From Pseudomonas aeruginosa (lineage in GTDB: Bacteria > Pseudomonadota > Gammaproteobacteria > Pseudomonadales > Pseudomonadaceae), in the NCBI RefSeq assembly GCF_001457615.1, contig NZ_LN831024.1, positions 3,660,001 through 3,692,000 on the forward strand: a stretch of 32,000 nucleotides of DNA, in the 5' to 3' direction. The position numbers and the translations under genes were made by a program. The notes beneath the pieces were generated by a model. It was not told the DNA's origin, did no database searches, and worked only from the letters and a program-made list of their open reading frames with translations. This document shows positions 19,599-27,769 of this stretch, in pieces. The stretch's first letter is position 1, and the number at the start of each line of letters is the position of its first letter.

Positions 19599-20582
19599 AT
19601 GAAGACCTCCATGCCGCGCGCCCTCCTCGCCCTGTTCTGCCTGCTCGCCAGCCTGGCCCACGCCGCTCCCAACAGCATCCTGCACCGCCCCTACGACCTG
19701 GACACCGGGCACGGCGTGCTGCGCGGCTCCTTGCTGCTGCCGCGCAGCGCCGTGCCGCCGCCGGTGGTCCTGCTGGTCGCCGGCTCCGGTCCCACCGATC
19801 GCGACGGCAACAACCCCTTCGGCGGCAACAACCGCTACCTGTTGCGTCTCGCCGAGGCCCTGGCCGAACGCGGAATCGCCAGCGTGCGCTACGACAAGCG
19901 GGGAGTCGCCCGCAGCCTGGCGGCGGCGCCGCGCGAGGAAGACCTCAGCGTCGGCGTCTATGTCGACGACGTGGTCGCCTGGAGCGAGCGGCTGGCCCGC
20001 GACCCGCGCTTCTCCCGGCTGATCCTGGTCGGCCATAGCGAAGGCGCGCTGATCGCCAGCCTGGCGGCGCCTCGCACGCCGGCCGAGGAATTGATCGCCA
20101 TCGCCGGCAGCGGCCAACCCATCGACCGGGTGTTGCGCGAGCAACTGCGCGGTCGCCTGCCGCCGGCGCAACTGCGCCAGGCCGACTCGGTGCTGGCTTC
20201 GCTGAAGGCCGGCGAGACCCGCGGCGATATCCCGCCGGCGCTCGCCAACCTGCTCCGCCCCAGCGTGCAGCCGTACCTGATCTCGCTGTTCCGCGAAGAC
20301 CCGGCCCGCGCGTTCGGCCGCCTGCGCATCCCGACCCTGATCGTCCAGGGCCGCAATGACATCCAGGTCGGCGTCGCCGACGCCGAGGCGCTCCAGCGAG
20401 CCAAGCCCGACTCGCAACTGGTGCTCATCGACGGCATGAACCACATCCTGCGGATCGCCCCGAGCACCGGTCTCCAGCAGCTTTCCGCCTACAACGACCC
20501 GAACCTGCCGCTGGCCCGGCAACTGGTCGAGGCGGTCAGCCGCTTCATCCTGCGCGGCGCAGAGGCGGAAAAAGGCCGCTGA
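19599..20582 (+). CDS. Secreted/periplasmic alpha/beta hydrolase, 327 aa
   Basis: Signal peptide MKTSMPRALLALFCLLASLAHAAPNS; GSGPTDRDGNNPFGGNNRYLLRLAEALAERGIASVRYDKRGV, nucleophile elbow VGHSEGALIAS. Confidence 0.88.
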   Translation: MKTSMPRALLALFCLLASLAHAAPNSILHRPYDLDTGHGVLRGSLLLPRSAVPPPVVLLVAGSGPTDRDGNNPFGGNNRYLLRLAEALAERGIASVRYDKRGVARSLAAAPREEDLSVGVYVDDVVAWSERLARDPRFSRLILVGHSEGALIASLAAPRTPAEELIAIAGSGQPIDRVLREQLRGRLPPAQLRQADSVLASLKAGETRGDIPPALANLLRPSVQPYLISLFREDPARAFGRLRIPTLIVQGRNDIQVGVADAEALQRAKPDSQLVLIDGMNHILRIAPSTGLQQLSAYNDPNLPLARQLVEAVSRFILRGAEAEKGR

Positions 20583-20659
20583 GCCGCTACAGAAATCGCT
20601 TCCCGCGCCGACAAGTTCTGAAAGCCGGCCCGTGAAGGCGGCCGGCCAGAGGATGTCCG

Positions 20660-21439
20660 ATGATCGATAGCGATACCCAACCGGCCGCAGAAGAAGCCGA
20701 GAAGAAACCGCCGCACCCCTGGGCCGAACTGGCGCCGGAGCATTTCCGCCTGCTCCGCCTGGCGCCACTGCCCACCGACCGCGCGACCGGCGCCCGCCCC
20801 CTGCGCTTCGTCCAGCTCGGCAGGGTCGAACGGCACAGCGCGGACCAGAGCCTGCTGCGCCTGAGCATCCAGGTGCCAGGCCTGATGCTGCGCAAGGAGC
20901 AGAACCTGCTGGAGGTCTGGGCCGATCATCGCAACAAGGAAGTGCGTTTCGGTTCGGACGCCGGGCTCAGCCTGGAACCCTTGAACCGCGGGCTGGGCCG
21001 TTTCCTGCTGGCCCAGGCGATCGCCTGGGCGCAACGACGCTGGGCCCACTACAAGGTGGAAGGCGGCGCACTGGCGCTGAAGGATGGCCTGACCGAAGAC
21101 GCACGCCTGCGCCGCGACCATTTCATCCGCGCCCAGGGCTTCGACGTCAGCTATGAGGACCAGCGGTTGCTCAAGGCCCGCTACAGCGCCGGCCGGGTCA
21201 GTGAGCTGCACAGCGATTGGCACAAGGACAAGGTGCAGATCGTGCCGCTGCTGGACGCCGCGGCGATGCTGGAACAGGCCGAGCAGACCCTGCAGGCCCA
21301 GGATGCGGAGATCCGCCAACTGGAACAGCGCATCAACCACTACCGCCGCGACGACACCAGCCTGCGCTTCACCATCGCCTGCCTGACCGCCTTCGCGGTG
21401 TTCCAGGCCGGCCTGCTGATCTGGATCGCCACTCACTGA
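20660..21439 (+). CDS. Conserved protein with coiled coil and single C-terminal TM, 259 aa
   Basis: Ends ...LEQAEQTLQAQDAEIRQLEQRINHYRRDDTSLRFTIACLTAFAVFQAGLLIWIATH. Confidence 0.7.
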   Translation: MIDSDTQPAAEEAEKKPPHPWAELAPEHFRLLRLAPLPTDRATGARPLRFVQLGRVERHSADQSLLRLSIQVPGLMLRKEQNLLEVWADHRNKEVRFGSDAGLSLEPLNRGLGRFLLAQAIAWAQRRWAHYKVEGGALALKDGLTEDARLRRDHFIRAQGFDVSYEDQRLLKARYSAGRVSELHSDWHKDKVQIVPLLDAAAMLEQAEQTLQAQDAEIRQLEQRINHYRRDDTSLRFTIACLTAFAVFQAGLLIWIATH

Positions 21440-21463
21440 ACCGGCGGCACCAGCCGCCTCCGA

Positions 21464-22378
21464 TCACTTTTCCAAGCGCGAACGGAACAGTTCCCGGTGC
21501 TCGCGGCACTGCGCGGCGGACAGCATGAACACCCCGTGGCCGCCGTGCTCGAACTCCAGCCAGGTGAAGTCCACTTCCGGATACAGCGCCTGCACATGGA
21601 CCTCGCTGTTGCCCACCTCGACGATCAGCAGGCCTTTCTCGCTGAGGTGGTCGGCCGCCTCGGCGAGCATCCGTCGCACCAGGTCCAGGCCGTCGTCGCC
21701 GCAGGCCAGGCCGAGTTCAGGCTCATGATGGAACTCCGCCGGCATGTCGGCGAAATCCTCGGCATCCACGTAGGGCGGATTGGACACGATCAGGTCGAAG
21801 CGCTGGCCGGGAAGCCCGGCGAAACCGTCGCCCTGGACGGTGTAGACCCGCTCGCCGAGGTCGTGGCGCTCGATATTGACGTTGGCCACCTCCAGCGCAT
21901 CGAAGGACAGGTCGGCGAGCACCACCTCCGCCTGCTCGAACGCATAGGCGCAGGCGATGCCGATGCAGCCGGAACCGGTGCAGAGGTCGAGGATTCGCGC
22001 CGGCTCGGCCGGCAGCCAGGGCGCGAAGCGCTGTTCGATAAGTTCGGCGATAGGCGAGCGCGGCACCAGCACGCGTTCGTCGACGCTGAAGGGAATCCCG
22101 CAGAACCAGGCTTCGCCCAGCAGGTAGGCCGCCGGAATCCGTTCCTCGATGCGCCGCCGGAGGATCTCCGCCAACTCGGCGCGTTCATCGTCTTCCAGGC
22201 GACAATCCAGGTAGCTGTCAGAAATTTCCCAGGGAAGGTGCAGGGAGCCCAGAACCAGGTGGCGCGCCTCGTCCCAGGCATTGTCGGTGCCGTGACCGAA
22301 GAACAGGCCGGCGGCGTGGAAACGGCTGACAGCCCAGCGGATATAGTCACGCAGGGTGAGCAGACGGGACTCGGACAT
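21464..22378 (-). CDS. prmB: 50S ribosomal protein L3 glutamine methyltransferase, 304 aa
   Basis: [49 protein letters not shown]...[21 protein letters not shown]...[12 protein letters not shown] (NPPY motif). Confidence 0.93.
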
Positions 22379-22548
22379 GACGGAATTGCTCCTCGCAACG
22401 CACAAAAGGGCGACATTCTAGCCGATCGCGCCGGAGCTGGCCTCCAGCGCGGGAAGTCCATACCACTTTAGTGCGCATGCGGCAAAGGTTCACAGGCTCG
22501 CCGATAGGGGCCAGAATGAAAGGCATGTGCCTTCTCAGGAGTAGTGAC

Positions 22549-23145
22549 ATGCCTCATCCGCTCACCCTTTTGCAGATCAGCGGACGCGGCTACCCGCCAG
22601 CCCCCCTTCGGCAGAGCACCTTGCTGATCATCGATGCCCAGGAAGAGTACCGCAGCGGCGCCCTGCGCCTGCCAGGCCTCGACGCCGCCGCCGCGGAGAT
22701 CGGCGTGCTGGTGCAGGCGGCCCGCGCCAGCGGTACGCCCATCGTGCATGTACGCCACCTGGGTATCCAGGGCGGCCTGTTCGATCCGCAAGGGCCGCGC
22801 GGCCAGTTCCTCCCGGAACTGCAACCGGAAGCCGGGGAAAAGGTCGTGGAGAAACGCCTGCCCAATGCCTTCTCCGGCACCGAGCTGCACGACCTGCTGC
22901 AGAACCACGGCCGTCTCGACCTGATCGTCTGCGGCTTCATGACCCATTCCAGCGTCAGCACCACCGTGCGCGCGGCCAAGGACTACGGCTACCGCTGCAC
23001 CCTCGCCGATAGCGCCTGCGCCACCCGCGACATACCCACCCTGAACGGCGGGGTCCTGAGCGCCGCGGACCTGCAACGCGCCGAGATCGCCGCCCTCGGC
23101 GACAACTTCGCGGCGATCGTCGCCCAGGCCCGGGAACTTCTCTGA
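22549..23145 (+). CDS. Isochorismatase-family (cysteine hydrolase-like) protein, 198 aa
   Basis: Start MPHPLTLLQISGRGYPPAPLRQSTLLIIDAQEEYRSGAL...; VVEKRLPNAFSGTELHDLL and DLIVCGFMTHSSVSTTVRAAKDYGYRCTLADSACATR. Confidence 0.88.
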   Translation: MPHPLTLLQISGRGYPPAPLRQSTLLIIDAQEEYRSGALRLPGLDAAAAEIGVLVQAARASGTPIVHVRHLGIQGGLFDPQGPRGQFLPELQPEAGEKVVEKRLPNAFSGTELHDLLQNHGRLDLIVCGFMTHSSVSTTVRAAKDYGYRCTLADSACATRDIPTLNGGVLSAADLQRAEIAALGDNFAAIVAQARELL

Positions 23146-23317
23146 CCGCCCATCCAGCCGCCCTCCCGTCCCGCCCTGCGGAGGACTAGTCTGCCTGCAG
23201 GGCCATGGCTTGCGGCGAGAAGACGAGTGGCGCACGGTTTGCCCACGGCTCCCGGGAATCCGGGAACCCGGCCGGAAGGTTCCGGTCCTAGCCCCGATGA
23301 CACACGAGGAAGTCGGG

Positions 23318-23638
23318 ATGAAGTTGTCCGATAGTTTCGATGCGCGCCGGCTGCGCCCGCGCCGGCCGAGAGTCTGGCGCTGGCGCCTGGCGGCGGCGTT
23401 CGCGGCCCTGGTGGCGAGCCTGGGCGTGCTGCTGTCGCTGGCCGGCACCTCGGCCTTGATCGGCCGCCAGCCGGCTGTCGGCATGCTGCATATCGAACCC
23501 GCCGCTGGCGGCGTCTTGCTGGCCCTTGGCCTGCTGTCGCTCTGCCTCGGCGTGTTCTTCTGGCGTTTCAGCCGCCGCCGCAGCCGCCGCAACAGCGACC
23601 TGAGCCTGTCGCCGAACCTGATGAAAAAGCGCGACTGA
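23318..23638 (+). CDS. Small two-TM membrane protein, 106 aa
   Basis: MKLSDSFDARRLRPRRPRVWRWRLAAAFAALVASLGVLLSLAGTSALIG...GGVLLALGLLSLCLGVFFWRFSRRRSRRNSDLSLSPNLMKKRD. Confidence 0.65.
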   Translation: MKLSDSFDARRLRPRRPRVWRWRLAAAFAALVASLGVLLSLAGTSALIGRQPAVGMLHIEPAAGGVLLALGLLSLCLGVFFWRFSRRRSRRNSDLSLSPNLMKKRD

Positions 23639-23694
23639 GCGGGCTGCCGGCGTCCGGCCGATCCGGTAAACTGCGCCGCTTCGCGGAGGCTCCC

Positions 23695-24252
23695 ATGCAA
23701 GACGACGACTTTTCCCTGTTCAAGAGCGAGATGCGCGGCGTCAAGCGCATCTCGGTCGATCGAGCCGATACCGGCAAACCTCGCAACGACCGCCAGCAAC
23801 TCAAGCAGCGCCAGCTCAATGCCAGCGTGCGCAACGACGAAATCCGCGTCGATGGCCTGTCCGACCAGTTCGTCATCGACGTCGGCCCCGAGGACGAGCT
23901 GTCCTGGGCCCGCGACGGCGTCCAGGAAAGCCAGTTGCGCAAGCTCAAGCAGGGCCTGGTGCCCTTCGACGGTAGCCTCGACCTGCACGGCATGAGCGTG
24001 GAGAAGGCCCGGCAGACGCTATGGGACTTCCTTGCCGAGGCCACCCGCCTGGAAATCCGCTGCGTGCGCGTGACCCATGGCAAGGCCGCGCGCAAGGACG
24101 GACGCAGCCCGCTGGTGAAAAGCCACGTCAATACCTGGTTGCGCCAGCACCCGCAGGTGCTCGGTTTCACCTCCTGCCTGCCACGCCACGGCGGCACCGG
24201 CTCGGTCTACGTGATGCTGCGCAGGACCATGCTCGAAGGCCGCGACGAGTAG
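23695..24252 (+). CDS. Smr-domain protein, 185 aa
   Basis: [29 protein letters not shown]...[83 protein letters not shown]. Confidence 0.93.
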   Translation: MQDDDFSLFKSEMRGVKRISVDRADTGKPRNDRQQLKQRQLNASVRNDEIRVDGLSDQFVIDVGPEDELSWARDGVQESQLRKLKQGLVPFDGSLDLHGMSVEKARQTLWDFLAEATRLEIRCVRVTHGKAARKDGRSPLVKSHVNTWLRQHPQVLGFTSCLPRHGGTGSVYVMLRRTMLEGRDE

Positions 24253-24329
24253 CCGGCAAGCGCCGAGTCTTGCCAGCGGCCCGGCGACGTCCTACCCTCC
24301 GCGCTGGTAATCGTCTGACTGGAACGCCC

Positions 24330-24875
24330 ATGTCCCTGGAACAACACTACTCCTCGATCCTCACCCAGCTCGGCGAGGACGTTAACCGCGAAGGTCTGCT
24401 GGACACGCCCAAGCGTGCCGCCAAGGCCATGAAGTACCTGTGCCGCGGCTACCAACAGAGCCTGGAAGAAGTCGTCAACGGTGCCCTGTTCAGCTCCGAC
24501 AACAGCGAAATGGTATTGGTCAAGGACATCGAGCTGTACTCGCTCTGCGAGCACCACCTGCTGCCCTTCATCGGCAAGGCCCACGTGGCCTATATCCCGA
24601 ACGGCAAGGTGCTCGGCCTGTCGAAGGTCGCGCGGATCGTCGACATGTACGCCCGCCGCCTGCAGATCCAGGAGAACATGAGCCGGCAGATCGCCGAGGC
24701 GGTCCAGCAGGTCACCGGCGCCCTCGGCGTCGCGGTGGTGATCCAGGCCCAGCACATGTGCATGATGATGCGCGGCGTGGAAAAGCAGAACTCGTCCATG
24801 GTCACTTCGGTGATGCTCGGCGAATTCCGCGACAACGCCGCCACCCGCAGCGAATTCCTCAGCCTGATCCGCTGA
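24330..24875 (+). CDS. folE: GTP cyclohydrolase I, 181 aa
   Basis: [41 protein letters not shown]...[36 protein letters not shown]...[16 protein letters not shown]. Confidence 0.97.
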   Translation: MSLEQHYSSILTQLGEDVNREGLLDTPKRAAKAMKYLCRGYQQSLEEVVNGALFSSDNSEMVLVKDIELYSLCEHHLLPFIGKAHVAYIPNGKVLGLSKVARIVDMYARRLQIQENMSRQIAEAVQQVTGALGVAVVIQAQHMCMMMRGVEKQNSSMVTSVMLGEFRDNAATRSEFLSLIR

Positions 24876-24896
24876 GGCCAGGTCCGCTGGCGAAAG

Positions 24897-24920
24897 AACC
24901 GGCCCCACTGGGCCGGTTTT
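24897..24920 (+). terminator. Rho-independent terminator after folE (possibly bidirectional, facing the convergent hemerythrin gene)
   Basis: AACCGGCCC-CACT-GGGCCGGTT followed by TT. Confidence 0.78.
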
Positions 24921-24939
24921 GCGTTTCCTTCCCCGGCGA

Positions 24940-25401
24940 TCAGCCGAAGAAGCGCTTCATCGAGCGCGACAACCAACCGCCCTCGCTCTTGTCCTTGACC
25001 AGTTCGGACATGCTGTGGCGTACCGCATCCACATATCCGGCGTCGTCGTTGCGGATGTGGTTGAACAGCCAGCGCGAGAGCAAGCCCTTGAGTTCATCGC
25101 CGACATCCTCGCCGGCCTGGAAGCGCACCCGGTATTCGGAGACCCGGCGGATGAACAGCTCGTGGATCTTCTTGTGCGCCCGGGAAAACTGGTAGCCGGC
25201 ATCCTCCATCAGGGTTTCCTCGAAGGCGAAGTGCGACAGCGTGTAGTCCACCAGCTCCTCGATCACCTCGGCGATCGCCGCGTGTTCCTTGCCTTGCTGG
25301 GCGTCGTGCAGGTGATTGATCATCTCGACGATGCGTTTGTGTTGATTGTCGATGACCTGAATACCGGTATTCAGGTCATCCTGCCAGACCAGATGCGCCA
25401 T
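24940..25401 (-). CDS. Bacteriohemerythrin, 153 aa
   Basis: [87 protein letters not shown]...[18 protein letters not shown]; canonical His/Glu/Asp pattern. Confidence 0.94.
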   Translation of the reverse strand: MAHLVWQDDLNTGIQVIDNQHKRIVEMINHLHDAQQGKEHAAIAEVIEELVDYTLSHFAFEETLMEDAGYQFSRAHKKIHELFIRRVSEYRVRFQAGEDVGDELKGLLSRWLFNHIRNDDAGYVDAVRHSMSELVKDKSEGGWLSRSMKRFFG

Positions 25402-25482
25402 GATGACTTCCCCCAAGCGAACAGCGAACGGCCTTTCCGAACGGCCTGGGGCCAGGGTATTTTTGTGACGCAGTACGGGTAT

Positions 25483-25496
25483 TGACGCCGGTCAAG
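25483..25496 (-). promoter_or_regulatory. Anr/FNR-family box upstream of bacteriohemerythrin gene
   Basis: Symmetric TTGAC-GCCG-GTCAA (consensus family TTGAT-N4-ATCAA); a plausible -10 TACCCT lies at 25460-25455 on the minus strand. Confidence 0.7.
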
Positions 25497-25510
25497 CGGG
25501 ACAAGATGTT

Positions 25511-25533
25511 AATGAATTTCGCATGAATTCATT
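25511..25533. repeat. Perfect 8-bp inverted repeat with 7-nt spacer
   Basis: AATGAATT-TCGCATG-AATTCATT in the intergenic region between the hemerythrin and VOC genes. Confidence 0.9.
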
Positions 25534-25646
25534 CGCCCCCCTCGCGGCGGCATGCCCGCTCGATCCGCTCGGTTTCGCGCGGCTGAACATCCGCCATCGT
25601 CGCCGGAAAGCGGCGTCACCAGTGGTCCCGACAGGACAGGAAGGAA

Positions 25647-26027
25647 ATGAACCTGATCGCGCACGTGGAAATACCGGTGTCCGACCTGGGGAGGGCGATG
25701 CGTTTCTACGCCTCGGTGTTCGGAGTGGCGTTCGGCGAGGTAGCCACCCTGCACGGAAGCAGAATGGCGCATTTCCCCTTCGAGGAAGGCCGTGACGGTG
25801 CCAGCGGCGCACTCGCCGAGGGCGACGTCTACGTGCCTACGCTACATGGGGCGATCATCTACCTGAATGTCGCGGACCTGGATGCCGTCATTGCCCGGGC
25901 CCTCGGCGAAGGCAGCGAAATCCTCTTCCCGAAGACGCCGCTTGGCGACGGCGTGTTCATCGCCGAGATCAGGGACAGCGAAGGCAATCGTATCGCCCTG
26001 CAGAGCGCTTGCGGAGAGCGGCCGTAG
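25647..26027 (+). CDS. VOC (glyoxalase/dioxygenase-fold) family protein, 126 aa
   Basis: MNLIAHVEIPVSDLGRAMRFYASVFGVAFGEVATLHGSRMAHFPF...YLNVADLDAVIARALGEGSEILFPKTPLGDGVFIAEIRDSEGNRIALQS. Confidence 0.87.
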   Translation: MNLIAHVEIPVSDLGRAMRFYASVFGVAFGEVATLHGSRMAHFPFEEGRDGASGALAEGDVYVPTLHGAIIYLNVADLDAVIARALGEGSEILFPKTPLGDGVFIAEIRDSEGNRIALQSACGERP

Positions 26028-26054
26028 AGGTCCTGCAAACCGAGCGCCGCCGGC

Positions 26055-27044
26055 TCAACGGGCAAGAACGCCGGCCAGCCAGGAACGCCGCGCGCCCAGC
26101 GCTTCCTGCAATTCGCGGACGCCGATGCAGCGCCGTTCGGGGTCGAGGCTCAGGGCGGTACGCAGCGCCGGCCAGCAGCGCCGAGGCAGGTGTCCGGGCG
26201 CGCGCAGCTGGCGCTCCAGCCCCTGCTCCCGGGCCTGGTTCGAGGGCAGGCGGCGGAACGGATGGCGACCGTCGGCCAGTTCGTAGAGGACGCAGGCCAG
26301 CGCATACAGGTCGGCCGCCGGCGACAATGGCGCGCCCTCGAGCAGTTCGGGAGCGGCGTAGCCCGGAGTCCAGGCGTCGATGCGGCCCCGGCTGAGCTGC
26401 GGCAGGCCATCCAGGATGCCTGCCTGCGCCTGGCCGAGGCCGAAGTCGAAGAGCCGCACGCCCTCTTCGCCGAGCATCACGTTGCTCGGCTTCAGGTCGC
26501 CATGCAGTACTCCTTGTTCGTGGACGTAGGCCAGAACATCCAGCAACGGCCGGGCGATCGCGCTCAGCTCGGACCAGGGCAGGCCTTCGGGACGCTCGCA
26601 GAGCAGGCGGTCGAGCGGCAGGCCAGGCATGAGTTCCATGACGATGTAGGCGCGCTGGCATGCGGTGTCGACGTCGAAGGTGAACAGACGCACGACGTTC
26701 GGATGGCGCAAGCGCCGGGTCAGGGCGAACTCGCTATAGAGCAAGGCGCTGGCGTCGGGTGACTCGGCGACCGACTCGTTGAGCAGCTTCAGCGCTACCA
26801 GCGGCGCCGGGTCGCCGAACTGCTCATGGAGCAGGTCCCGGGCACGGTAGACCGTCCCCATGCCGCCGGCGCCGAGCATCCGCTCCAGACGGTAGCGCCC
26901 GGAAAGAACGTCCGGCAGCGGACCGGGCAACACCGCCGGCAGGTCCGGCGCCGAGGCGGTCGGGGCGGCGAAGGCGAAATAGGTCAGGTTCGCGCCGCCC
27001 TCCTCCTCCGGCAGCAGCTCCAGCGACGACAGCGGTTCGTTCAT
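26055..27044 (-). CDS. stk1: T6SS-associated Hanks-type Ser/Thr kinase Stk1, 329 aa
   Basis: Start MNEPLSSLELLPEEEGGANLTYFAF within ORF 26055..27542; LGAGGMGTVYRARD, VLHGDLKPSNVML, LFDFGLG, GYAAPELLEG. Confidence 0.93.
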   Translation of the reverse strand: MNEPLSSLELLPEEEGGANLTYFAFAAPTASAPDLPAVLPGPLPDVLSGRYRLERMLGAGGMGTVYRARDLLHEQFGDPAPLVALKLLNESVAESPDASALLYSEFALTRRLRHPNVVRLFTFDVDTACQRAYIVMELMPGLPLDRLLCERPEGLPWSELSAIARPLLDVLAYVHEQGVLHGDLKPSNVMLGEEGVRLFDFGLGQAQAGILDGLPQLSRGRIDAWTPGYAAPELLEGAPLSPAADLYALACVLYELADGRHPFRRLPSNQAREQGLERQLRAPGHLPRRCWPALRTALSLDPERRCIGVRELQEALGARRSWLAGVLAR

Positions 27045-27769
27045 TGGCGGATCACCACGGCCGTCAGGTTGTCCCGTGCGGCGCCGCTCAGGGCACCGTC
27101 GAACAGCCGCTCCACCGCCACCTGCGGCGATGCCAGGCTCAACGCGCGACCCAGCGCATCGGCGCTCAGCTCTTCGTAGAGCCCGTCGCTGCAGAGCAGG
27201 AAGACATCCCCGGGATGCACCTCCAGTTCCAACACGTCCAGCACCAGTTGTTCGCTGGCGCCGACGGCACGGGTCAGCGCGCGCGCCGAGGGATAGGCGC
27301 GGGCCTGCTCGATATCCATCCGCCGTTCGTCGACCAGTCGCTGCAACAGCGAGTGGTCGCGGGACAGCTGGTACAGCCGCTGGCCGCGCCACAGGTAGCA
27401 GCGGCTGTCGCCGACCCACACGCAGGCCGCCCGCGACCCCTCCACGACCAGCGCCACCACCGTACTGCCGATGATCCTGTCGCCGCGTTCGGCGCTGAGG
27501 GTGAGTTCCTCGCCCAGGCGCCGGTTGAGCCAGTGCAGGCACTGGCGCATCGCGTTCAGGCGCTCGTCGAATCCCGCCCGGGCCGGCAGTTCCGCCAGGC
27601 TGGTGACGATCATCCGGCTGGCCAGGTCGCCGGCCTGGTGCCCGCCCATGCCATCGGCGACCGCCCAGAGCCCGCGATCCGGGCAGTCCAGGAAGGCATC
27701 CTCGTTGCGCGCGCGGACCTTGCCGCGATCCGTGCGCGCCGCGCTGCGCCAGGGCTCGGTGCGTTGCAT
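27041..27769 (-). CDS. stp1: T6SS-associated PP2C-type phosphatase Stp1, 242 aa
   Basis: MQRTEPWRSAARTDRGKVRARNEDAFLDCPDRGLWAVADGMGGHQAGDLASRMI...LLCSDGLYEELS. Confidence 0.95.
   Translation of the reverse strand: MQRTEPWRSAARTDRGKVRARNEDAFLDCPDRGLWAVADGMGGHQAGDLASRMIVTSLAELPARAGFDERLNAMRQCLHWLNRRLGEELTLSAERGDRIIGSTVVALVVEGSRAACVWVGDSRCYLWRGQRLYQLSRDHSLLQRLVDERRMDIEQARAYPSARALTRAVGASEQLVLDVLELEVHPGDVFLLCSDGLYEELSADALGRALSLASPQVAVERLFDGALSGAARDNLTAVVIRQ

Noticed and set aside
20623-20647. GCCGGCC...GGCCGGC inverted repeat between the hydrolase gene and the tail-anchored protein gene
   Set aside because: Short stem with no T-tract; GC-rich intergenic DNA produces such repeats often, so I cannot support a terminator call.
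22468-23988. 506-aa minus-strand ORF
   Set aside because: Overlaps three well-supported plus-strand genes; composition typical of shadow frames.
27045-27542. N-terminal extension of the stk1 ORF to 27542
   Set aside because: Overlaps stp1 and has Arg/Gly-rich shadow composition; MNEPLSSLELLPEEEGG at 27044 is the sensible start, with 4-nt overlap to stp1.
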